Assembly: GCA_003230195.1 (NCBI GenBank)
Contig: QIHH01000159.1
Coordinates: 1 to 35,547, forward strand
DNA length: 35,547 nt
Reading direction: 5' to 3'
Source: Gammaproteobacteria bacterium
GTDB taxonomy: Bacteria; Pseudomonadota; Gammaproteobacteria; SZUA-140
Below are positions 19,330-29,434 of this stretch, in pieces. A program made the translations under genes and the position numbers. The number at the start of each line of letters is the position of its first letter. Positions within the stretch are counted from its first letter, which is position 1. A model generated the notes under the pieces. It was not told the DNA's origin. It worked only from the letters and a program-made list of their open reading frames with translations, and made no database searches.

Positions 19330-20741
19330 TGAAACCTGTCATTGCATTGGTTGGCCTACCTAACGTTGGTAAATCGACACTCTTTAATCGCCTTACTCGT
19401 ACGCGTGATGCGCTGGTGGCAGACCAGCCGGGTCTGACGAGAGATCGTAATTACGGCGAAGGTAAAATGGGGCCGCATCCCTATATTGTAGTCGATACCG
19501 GTGGTTTAGGTGACTCGAAAAAAGGGATTGATGGCCTGATGATGAATCAGGCGATGGTGGCGATTGATGAGGCCGATGCGGTGCTCTTTTTAGTCGATGG
19601 ACGTGCTGGCCTGTCTGCCGGTGATAAGACCATTGCTGATCGCCTACGCCGCACTGGCAAGTCATTGATGCTGGTGATTAACAAGGCTGAAGGGCGTGAC
19701 GTAGAGCTGATTAGTAGTGAGTTCTATGAGTTGGCTTATGCAAACACGGTAGTGATCTCTGCGGCACATGGTGAAGGTGTATCGGACATGATGACGGAAG
19801 TGTTCGAACAGATGCTTAAAACTGAAGTGCCTGAAGAAGAGGATGAAGATGGTCCTCGTAGTATTAAAATTGCGATTTCAGGGCGCCCTAACGTGGGTAA
19901 ATCTACCTTAGTTAATCGCATTCTGAAAGAAGATCGCGTGCTTGCGTTTGATCGCCCCGGTACCACTCGCGATAGCATTCGAATCCCCTTTCAACGTGGC
20001 AAGCAGGATTATATCCTGATCGATACCGCCGGTATGCGCCGTCGTAGTCGTGTTAGTGACGTGGTTGAAAAATTTAGCTCGATTAAAGCACTACAGGCGA
20101 TTAGTGAGGCGGATGTCGCGATTCTCGTTATTGATGCGCATGCGGGGGGGATTTCAGAGCAGGATACTAAAATTCTTGGTTATGTACTGGAAAGTGGTAA
20201 GGCGCTGGTAATTGCGATTAATAAATGGGACGGCATGGGTGAATACGATCAACAGCGTGTCAAAGATGAATTGCAGCGCCGTCTTTCCTTTATTGATTTT
20301 GCTGAAATACATTTTATTTCAGCCCTGAAAGGGCGGGGAGTTAATGAACTGTTTAAGTCGGTTGAGCGTGCATACCATTCAGCACAGATGGCATTATCAA
20401 CACCACAACTGACACGTATTCTCACTGAGGCGGTCGCTGCCCATCCACCACCGGCTGTTCATATGCGGCGGATTAAACTACGTTACGCGCATCAGGGTGG
20501 GCATCGTCCCCCTCGGATCGTGATCCATGGCAATCAAACTGAAAGTATCCCCGATAGTTACGTACGTTATCTTGAGAAGACCTTTCGCAAGCAATTGAAA
20601 CTTGAAGGCACACCAATCAAGATTGAATTCAAAACCAGTGATAACCCTTATAAAGGGCGTAAAAACATACTGACTGATCATCAGCAGGATAAACGCAAAC
20701 GCTTTAAAAAATTTACTACTCGACGTAATAAAAAGCATTGA
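19329..20741 (+). CDS. der: Ribosome biogenesis GTPase Der (EngA), two GTPase domains plus KH-like domain
   Basis: There are two P-loops, GLPNVGKST and GRPNVGKST, two DTGG/DTAG motifs and two NKAE/NKWD motifs. The C-terminal tail is basic. ATG 19329 overlaps the bamB stop. Confidence 0.95.
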   Translation: MKPVIALVGLPNVGKSTLFNRLTRTRDALVADQPGLTRDRNYGEGKMGPHPYIVVDTGGLGDSKKGIDGLMMNQAMVAIDEADAVLFLVDGRAGLSAGDKTIADRLRRTGKSLMLVINKAEGRDVELISSEFYELAYANTVVISAAHGEGVSDMMTEVFEQMLKTEVPEEEDEDGPRSIKIAISGRPNVGKSTLVNRILKEDRVLAFDRPGTTRDSIRIPFQRGKQDYILIDTAGMRRRSRVSDVVEKFSSIKALQAISEADVAILVIDAHAGGISEQDTKILGYVLESGKALVIAINKWDGMGEYDQQRVKDELQRRLSFIDFAEIHFISALKGRGVNELFKSVERAYHSAQMALSTPQLTRILTEAVAAHPPPAVHMRRIKLRYAHQGGHRPPRIVIHGNQTESIPDSYVRYLEKTFRKQLKLEGTPIKIEFKTSDNPYKGRKNILTDHQQDKRKRFKKFTTRRNKKH

Positions 20742-21097
20742 AGCTATTTTTTCAGTATCACTCAGAATATTAATGTGATTTTGATTTTTGAATCTGGTGA
20801 AATGAAGGTGGCAGTTATCGATGCCAGTTTAATAATGTTCTTTTCCCTGCTGATCGTGAATACTATATGGTAGGGGGCAGGCCTTGATAATGATTCTCAG
20901 CTTTGTGATTTCGGTGAGGTGTGTGGTATCTATTTTTCATCGGGAGGTTTTCGTACCATTGGGAGTGATGATATTCATAGTGGGTTGGACTTTATCTCTG
21001 GGTTTGGGGTGGGGTTTAGGCGAGTTCGCTGCTTCAGCACGCAGGTATCCCGATGGGATTTAGGCGACAACTGACAATAAAACAGCTAGAATAACTA

Positions 21098-21607
21098 ATG
21101 AAAATGATACACTCGTTGTTACTTGCTACAATCTTTTTAAGTATGACTGTAGGTGCCTCAAGTTCTTCAGAGGTGCGTTATGGTGACGCTGCTTCAGCTC
21201 GTGTCGAGGTCAGCGTGCTTTATATAGGTATGCAATGCGGACGAGAAGAGCCTGACGCACAAGCAAGTTGGGTCAAAAATGCGATAGAGCTACAGCACCT
21301 ATATGACAAATTCCAGCAAGAGGCTATGTCGACGATAGATTTTGATCGTGAGCGGCTTGTATTGATGGAAATGGGACTGCGTCCAACATTGGGGTATCGT
21401 TTGGCGTTGATGAATTCTAGGGCTTGGATCGAACTGGGGAATGTCGAGATTTTGCTTGAATGGATAGCGCCAGATCGCGATATGATGGTTGGGGAAATAT
21501 TAACTAGCCCTTGTCTGCTGTTGAAGCTGGAACGTGGCCCTTACCAACAGGTGAGGTTTAGTGATCAATCAGGCGTGAAAAAGGCGATGTTAGTCGTGCC
21601 TGAATAG
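21098..21607 (+). CDS. Secreted PrcB_C-like protein (protease-complex-subunit PrcB family), function unknown
   Basis: The signal peptide is MKMIHSLLLATIFLSMTVGA. The core FDRERLVLMEMGLRPTLGYRLAL...LLEWIAPDRDMMVGEILTSPCLLLKL fits the PrcB_C pattern as I recall it (G.kpTGGY ... P ... Q.lT.Py). Confidence 0.5.
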   Translation: MKMIHSLLLATIFLSMTVGASSSSEVRYGDAASARVEVSVLYIGMQCGREEPDAQASWVKNAIELQHLYDKFQQEAMSTIDFDRERLVLMEMGLRPTLGYRLALMNSRAWIELGNVEILLEWIAPDRDMMVGEILTSPCLLLKLERGPYQQVRFSDQSGVKKAMLVVPE

Positions 21608-21769
21608 TGTTGCGCTTGCCAAGTGTAACAGGTTTGAGTTATTCCTCCCGTCTCTTCTTGAGCATTCAGCGTTGAAGGTTGTGTTGTTAACCGGTTGTTG
21701 ACACTGTTTTTCAACGTATTACACAGCTGATAGAATGATTTTTTATTGTTTATTCTAGGGGTTGGTTTC

Positions 21770-24160
21770 GTGGCAAGAAAAGCTAATCGAAAGAAAAATT
21801 CAAAAGTTGGGCATAAAAAAAATAGCCCTTCCCCGATTGCCATTACAAAAGTGGCTGAAATCACACGTCTACTGGGAAGAGCACTGGAGTATTTCCGGCG
21901 AGATGAATTTTCTCGCGCCGAAAATATATACCGTAAGGTGCTAGATCATGACCCTATCAATGAAGATGCACTTCATTTTATTAGTGTGATATACACGCAA
22001 AATGAGCAGCATGCTGAACTGGTTAAGCGTTACGATCTGGCATTAATAAAAGACCCTGAATCGGTGCGTATCTATAACAACCGCGGGATCTCGTTGGTTT
22101 ATCAAGGGGAGTTCTGGTTAGCGATTGCCAGCTTTGAAAGCGCGCTTGATATTTCCCCAGATGATGCTGATATCCATACGAACTTAGGTGGGGCATTTAA
22201 CCGTATAGGGGAATATGAAAAATCGGTTGAGCATTATAAGACGGCGGTTGAAATTTTTCCTCAGCATACAGAGGCCCATTACAACCTTGGTAATACGTAT
22301 CGGAAACTTAAACGCCCCGCCAAGGCTATTGCCTGTTTTAACCAGGCACTGATCACAGACCCGCAGCACAAAGATGCATTTTATAATTTATGTTTAATTT
22401 CACGCAACGTCTGTGACTGGTCTCGCTATCAGGAATTTGAGCGTGAAATGATAAGGTGTGCACAAACACCGAAAAGCATGCTGATGCCATTTAACCTGCT
22501 CTCTTGGTGTGATGACCCAGAGGTTCAACTTGCGTGTGCTAGGAATTATGTTGACGACATTATCCCTCTGAATACTCTGCACCTTGATGCTGTGCCTGAG
22601 CTGACCAATGGGCGGATAAAAATTGGTTATCTTTCGAGTGATTTTCGTCAGCATGTGGTGGCGCAGTTGATTGTTGAATTATTTGAGCTGCACGACCGCG
22701 ATAAATTTGAGGTGTTTGCATTTTCCCATGGCCCTGAAGATGGCAGTGAACTAAGCGCGCGCTTGGTAAAGGCGGTTGACCACTTTATAGCGGTGGGACA
22801 TCTGAGCGATAGTGACGTAGCGCGCCATATTCAGCAGCAGGAAATCTCGATTCTGGTGGACCTGAATGGCCACAGCAACGGGGCAAGAACACGTATTTTA
22901 GCGATGCGTCCTGCCCCGATACAGATTAATTACCTCGGTTATATTGGTACGATGGGGGCAAGTTTTATCGACTATGTGGTGGTGGATAAAACAGCGGTGC
23001 CTGCTGAAATGCAGTCCTTTTTCAGTGAGAAGCTGTTACAGCTCCCCTGTTATATGGTTCACGATAGCCAGCGAATAATTGCAAGCGAGACGATAACACG
23101 AGCAGAGGCGGGTTTACCTGAAGTGGGTTTTGTTTATTGTTGTTTTAATAACAGTTATAAAATTACACCGAAAGTGTTTGATGTCTGGATGCACTGCCTG
23201 TTAGCCGTACCTGGTAGTGTGTTATGGCTGGTAGAAGAGAGCGAAGCGCTGCAAAAAAACCTTCGTCAGGAAGCGCAGTCACGCGGTGTTAATTCAGCAC
23301 GACTGATATTTGCAGCGCGTATTCTGCCTGCACAACATTTGGCTCGCCTGCGTTTGGCAGATCTATTTTTAGATACGCTGATCTACAATGCCGGGGCGAC
23401 TGCATGTGATGCGCTATGGGCGGGTCTGCCCGTGTTGACCTATCAGGGTAATAGTTTTGTGGCACGTATGGGTAGCGGACTGGTAAGTGCTGCGGGTGTG
23501 CCTGAGCTGGTAGTTGATACATTAAGTGAATATGAACGACTGGCAATTGAGCTGGCAGATAAGCCTACGCTGCTTCAACCCTTACGAGAAAAATTAATTA
23601 CTCAACGTAATACCTCATTACTTTTTGATAGCCAGCGGTTTTGTAAAGAACTAGAAAAATCATATCTGGATATCTGGGTACAGTGGCTTGAATCTCAGAT
23701 GAGTATAGAATTTTCGGCTCATGATTTAGCAATGCATAAGGAAATGCTTAATGATGCGATTACATTGCACCAGCAGGGTGAGCTCGATGGTGCTGAAAGG
23801 GGCTATCGCTCGCTGTTAGAAATGAATCCTTCGGAGGCGAATGCACTGCATTTATTAGGCACCATACAGGCGCAGCGTGGCCGGGTTAGGGAAGCGATTG
23901 ATTTCTATCATCAGGCATTAAACATTAATCCTCAATTAATTGGTGCTTACAATAACCTAGGTGTTGCGTTGTATGGGGCGGGGAGTTATCTGCAGGCATC
24001 TGAAAATTTTCGCCAAGCAGTTGAGTTGATGCCCAATGCGGAGTCCTGTTTTAATCTTGGGAATTGCCTTTATGAACTCAAAAAATATGATGAGGCGATG
24101 TTGCATTATCAGCAAGCGCTTGAGATTAATCCACATCATAGTATCAAGGCACTTAGTTGA
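21770..24160 (+). CDS. TPR-repeat protein with a GT41 (O-GlcNAc transferase / SPINDLY-like) glycosyltransferase domain and an extra C-terminal TPR block
   Basis: The N-terminus carries TPRs. The GT41 motifs are collinear with human OGT as recalled: GYLSSDFRQHVVAQL, ILVDLNGHSNGARTRILAMRPAPIQINYLGYIGTMGASFIDYVVVD, FVYCCFNNSYKITPKVFDVWMHCLLAVPGSVLWL and ADLFLDTLIYNAGATACDALWAGLPVLT. There is no in-frame ATG near the 5' end. GTG 21770 (AGGGG upstream) is preferred over TTG 21746. Confidence 0.85.
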   Translation: MARKANRKKNSKVGHKKNSPSPIAITKVAEITRLLGRALEYFRRDEFSRAENIYRKVLDHDPINEDALHFISVIYTQNEQHAELVKRYDLALIKDPESVRIYNNRGISLVYQGEFWLAIASFESALDISPDDADIHTNLGGAFNRIGEYEKSVEHYKTAVEIFPQHTEAHYNLGNTYRKLKRPAKAIACFNQALITDPQHKDAFYNLCLISRNVCDWSRYQEFEREMIRCAQTPKSMLMPFNLLSWCDDPEVQLACARNYVDDIIPLNTLHLDAVPELTNGRIKIGYLSSDFRQHVVAQLIVELFELHDRDKFEVFAFSHGPEDGSELSARLVKAVDHFIAVGHLSDSDVARHIQQQEISILVDLNGHSNGARTRILAMRPAPIQINYLGYIGTMGASFIDYVVVDKTAVPAEMQSFFSEKLLQLPCYMVHDSQRIIASETITRAEAGLPEVGFVYCCFNNSYKITPKVFDVWMHCLLAVPGSVLWLVEESEALQKNLRQEAQSRGVNSARLIFAARILPAQHLARLRLADLFLDTLIYNAGATACDALWAGLPVLTYQGNSFVARMGSGLVSAAGVPELVVDTLSEYERLAIELADKPTLLQPLREKLITQRNTSLLFDSQRFCKELEKSYLDIWVQWLESQMSIEFSAHDLAMHKEMLNDAITLHQQGELDGAERGYRSLLEMNPSEANALHLLGTIQAQRGRVREAIDFYHQALNINPQLIGAYNNLGVALYGAGSYLQASENFRQAVELMPNAESCFNLGNCLYELKKYDEAMLHYQQALEINPHHSIKALS

Positions 24161-24184
24161 TTTGGTAAATGCAGGGCTATGGCG

Positions 24185-25894
24185 TTAACTGTTTTTATTT
24201 TTTGACTTTGAGGTGATTAATTTACGCCATAACCATCCTTGCGCAAGCACTTCACCGGTATGGATATAATGAAATACATTGCGGTTTTTTAATACCCACT
24301 CCATCTGGTTGCGGATATCATGCCGACCACAGAGTAGTATCTGATCGCCATTTTTCAATGGTGTATCCCCGTCCGGTAGCAGCATTTCATCATTGTTACG
24401 CTTTAATAGTAAGGTGAATATTGGCAGGTTTACATCACGCTCTCTGGGGTGAGCGTAAAGCTGCTTTAAACGAGGCCGTATTTTTTTTGATAATGCATCG
24501 GTTAGCGCGGGTGCATCTTCGTTATTGATGTTGACGGTCCATATCTGTGGTGCTTCGCCATCCGCAATTTTGCTAACCCGCGCGATTATTTTCTCCGCCC
24601 AGGCGTTGTTATGAGTGATTGCCAGCCGTAAAAATTCAGCCAGCAGTGGAGTGGTGATCAATGCAAATATTTTATGTGCGATCACGCTGCCGCGTTGCAT
24701 GGTTAGATTTGTTTGCGCCGCTTGGAAAATAGAGGCATTGGCGCGATGGTTTTTGCGCGCCACCATAAACAGATGTGGGTTGAGCTCACGTGCGGTCATG
24801 ATGATCGACAGGTTATTGCTATCGTCATCCGTACCGGCAACAATACCGACCGCGTTACAGATATCGGCTTCCAGTAGTGTGGGTGCCTCGGTGCCTCGAC
24901 CAACCACAGTTCCTTTAGGGGCTTCCGTTAATTCTGGTTTTTCTTCAATAATGGTGGTGGAGACCCCTTCGGCGGCGAGCCTTTCGTGAACCGCTTTGCC
25001 GAAGCGCCCATAGCCACAAAGAATCCAGGTGCCTCTGGGGGGGTAGATTGGCTTGCATAGTGGTTCGTGAGGGACGCCGGTCATCCATTCAAAGAGCATA
25101 AACATCGATGGTGAATGGAGTGCTAGCGCTAGGCGTCCAGCAAATGTGGTGAAAGGGTTGATGATTTCGTCGGTACCAAAAGAGGCGATATTGAGCTCAG
25201 CATCCTGTGTTTCTGCGCGTGCAATCACCTTGATCGAGGGGTTAAGCAGTTTGCTGGTGAGTGCCACTTTAAGATTGATCGGATCCTGGTCGGTCAGGGC
25301 GACACAGCCGATGCAGTTTTTCTGTTTGAGTCCGCCTAGGATTAAAACTTCAGGCAGAGAGACATCCGCACATAGCCCCGGTACTGGTATGGGGTAGTCC
25401 TCTAGTTCCAGCGTATTGAGCTTTGTCTGGTCCGCATCGATCACCACCGAGCGAATCCCCGCTTCGGTGAGAGCGCGAATCAACAGACTGCTGGTTTCGC
25501 CATAACCACAAATAAGATAGAAGGGGGAGTTGATCCGTGAAATGGAGCGGCGAAAGGTATTTTGTCGACTCAGCGTACGAAAGGCGGGGTCTTGTACCAC
25601 GGCCAGCAGTGAGCCGATGGCGTAGAGCCAGGCGACGACCGAACTGTAAATGGTAACCGTTGCCCACATCCGTTGGCCACTTGTAAATGGGTAGGGAATC
25701 TCGCCAAAGCCGATGGTGGAACCCATAAAGCTGACAAAATAGAAGGCGTGAAAAAAGTCCATCTTCCACGGCTGGCCTTCATCATCCATGCCGGGGATGA
25801 GCACAAAACCGAGCATAGCAATAGAATAGACGCAGATCAGCACGACCAGCGGAGAGCGAATCCGCCGCAGCAGGACAAAGGCGATATTGTGCAT
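24185..25894 (-). CDS. 2-TM potassium-channel family protein with tandem RCK (TrkA-N) domains
   Basis: The layout is TM1, a pore helix with filter FMGSTIGFGE, then TM2. Two Rossmann-type RCK starts follow: YLICGYGETSSLLIRALTEAGIRSVVID and WILCGYGRFGKAVHERLAAEGVSTTIIE. The C-terminus is TrkA-C-like (LKNGDQILLCG). Confidence 0.8.
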   Translation of the reverse strand: MHNIAFVLLRRIRSPLVVLICVYSIAMLGFVLIPGMDDEGQPWKMDFFHAFYFVSFMGSTIGFGEIPYPFTSGQRMWATVTIYSSVVAWLYAIGSLLAVVQDPAFRTLSRQNTFRRSISRINSPFYLICGYGETSSLLIRALTEAGIRSVVIDADQTKLNTLELEDYPIPVPGLCADVSLPEVLILGGLKQKNCIGCVALTDQDPINLKVALTSKLLNPSIKVIARAETQDAELNIASFGTDEIINPFTTFAGRLALALHSPSMFMLFEWMTGVPHEPLCKPIYPPRGTWILCGYGRFGKAVHERLAAEGVSTTIIEEKPELTEAPKGTVVGRGTEAPTLLEADICNAVGIVAGTDDDSNNLSIIMTARELNPHLFMVARKNHRANASIFQAAQTNLTMQRGSVIAHKIFALITTPLLAEFLRLAITHNNAWAEKIIARVSKIADGEAPQIWTVNINNEDAPALTDALSKKIRPRLKQLYAHPRERDVNLPIFTLLLKRNNDEMLLPDGDTPLKNGDQILLCGRHDIRNQMEWVLKNRNVFHYIHTGEVLAQGWLWRKLITSKSKNKNS

Positions 25895-25912
25895 GGCTTG
25901 TGCCAGTCGTGT

Positions 25913-26296
25913 TTAACTGCGTACCGTTAAGGTTTCGGCCACCAGTAGCACCACCGAGGTGACATTGGCCAGCAGTGCACCACCAGAGAGCGATACGATA
26001 ATCGCCATCACCGCTGGGGTCATGCCGGTGCCAGTAATGTGTTCAGCGAAGGCCCATACCACCGCAGCCATGATCAATTGAAGGTCGGCCACCAGACTGG
26101 TTGAGAGCAACAGGGCGCCGAGGTGGGTGCGATCACCAAACTTTAATACTGTGGCGATCAGACTAACCACAATGGCAGCGAATAGTTCGTAAACACTGTG
26201 GTGGTGGGGGACGTCAATATCACCTAGAAAAAAACCAAAATTGAGTGTTAGTGCTAACAGAATAAAAAAGGCAAAAACGACCTTCTCGAGGTTCAT
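25913..26296 (-). CDS. Small polytopic membrane protein (about 4 TM, 127 aa), uncharacterised
   Basis: It has four hydrophobic segments and a HHH/His-rich loop (DIDVPHHHSVYE). GGAG lies 7 nt upstream of the ATG. Its stop is 18 nt upstream of the channel gene start on the same strand, so the two are likely co-transcribed. Confidence 0.6.
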   Translation of the reverse strand: MNLEKVVFAFFILLALTLNFGFFLGDIDVPHHHSVYELFAAIVVSLIATVLKFGDRTHLGALLLSTSLVADLQLIMAAVVWAFAEHITGTGMTPAVMAIIVSLSGGALLANVTSVVLLVAETLTVRS

Positions 26297-26568
26297 GTGT
26301 AAACTCCAATGTTTGAGGCATTATCAGCAGTATTTGAATGATAACGCGTTTAATGTGGTATCACTAATTCAACTTTATGCCTGTTATCATTTGGATGAAG
26401 GCACGGGTCAGGTCTGGTTCTTATTGCCACGAGATCTTTTTTCTTATCGACAGGGAGCCTTTTTCGACAAACCTGAAGGCTCATCGTCACCGCTCAGATA
26501 GCGATACTGTGGTGCTAAGGATGTCAGTTAAGTTGTTTCCCTGACACGCGATTTCAGATCGCTTTTAG

Positions 26569-28848
<2,280 letters not shown>

Positions 28849-28860
28849 GTCTCGTATATT

Positions 28861-29384
28861 TGTAAGCTTGGGCTAGGGCGGAAGCCCTTACCTGAGTGTA
28901 GACTGCGCTACTGATGCCGCCTTCGAAGGCGAAGACAATATCGCTTTCTATGATTCATCTCAAGTGGGCAGAGTGTGGTTTTTGCAAGCAATGTGGTACG
29001 CATCTTTTTTATCGTCTTAAGGGCTCCGCTATTGATTCTAAGCACAGCTGACAGAGTGCCCATGGGTACTGGATGTCCAGATTTGCCACAGCAAGACGCG
29101 AATCTTTGGGAATACCCAAGGGGTACACCCTAGCGTGTCTATTGACAAGATTTGTAATACCGCTGTGGCAAATTTAGGGTTTAATGTGCGTGTTCATGAA
29201 TTAATAGAGGTGCCCTCAAAGGTAATCGACAGTATTTTATGTCTGTGGCACTTTTTAAGGCGGATGATGTGAGTTTGAACTCGATATTTAGGTCTTCATC
29301 GATGAGAAACCGGAATATTACTGCTTCTCAAACGAGAGACGAAAGTTGGCCGGCGAAGAGGTATTTGCTGAGTTTACGCATTAG
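28861..29384 (+). pseudogene. Decayed GFA-family (glutathione-dependent formaldehyde-activating / CENP-V-like) gene remnant
   Basis: The pieces are collinear but broken. CKLG is followed by (TAG)GGSPYLSVDCATDAAFEGEDNIAFYDSSQ in one frame. A 1-nt shift then gives WAECGFCKQCGTHLFYRLKGS (28965-29027), and TGA follows at 29049-29051. After an unrelated ~190 nt come ALFKADD and EFELDI(TAG)VFIDEKPEYYCFSNERRKLAGEEVFAEFTH*, ending at 29384. The N-terminal ~45 codons are missing, and the remnant begins 13 nt after the IDH stop. Confidence 0.6.
29081..29173. repeat. Nested inverted-repeat element inside the GFA remnant
   Basis: There is a perfect 12-bp inverted repeat, ATTTGCCACAGC (29081-29092) with GCTGTGGCAAAT (29162-29173). 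An inner helix pairs agacgcg (29094-29100) with cgtgtct (29134-29140), including one G:U. An apical hairpin is ttggg-aata-cccaa. A third ctgtggca copy lies at 29243-29250. Confidence 0.55.
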
Positions 29385-29434
29385 CCCTCTCATTGCCAGT
29401 GACGTAAGGTGCTGGTTGAGCGTCGTAAAGGTTT

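Noticed and set aside
20802-20873. 23-codon hydrophobic mini-ORF (MKVAVIDASLIMFFSLLIVNTIW) in the der-downstream gap, considered as a type I toxin-like peptide.
   Set aside because: It is too short to evaluate from sequence alone. It has only a weak GGTGA 3 nt upstream, and I saw no antisense RNA features or conservation evidence.
25350-25821. Two overlapping minus-strand ORFs (139 and 83 aa) inside the channel gene region.
   Set aside because: They are out-of-frame overlaps of the 569-aa channel ORF on the same strand, with no independent motifs or SD.
26241-26501. 86-aa + strand ORF in the divergent promoter region upstream of icd.
   Set aside because: It starts inside the 4-TM gene on the opposite strand, has no SD and no recognisable motifs. 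It is more likely promoter or UTR DNA.
29081-29173. 93-nt nested hairpin, considered as a tRNA or tmRNA-like gene.
   Set aside because: It has no T-loop (GTTCRANYC) or D-loop consensus and no 7-bp acceptor stem with a discriminator/CCA geometry. I keep it only as an inverted-repeat element.
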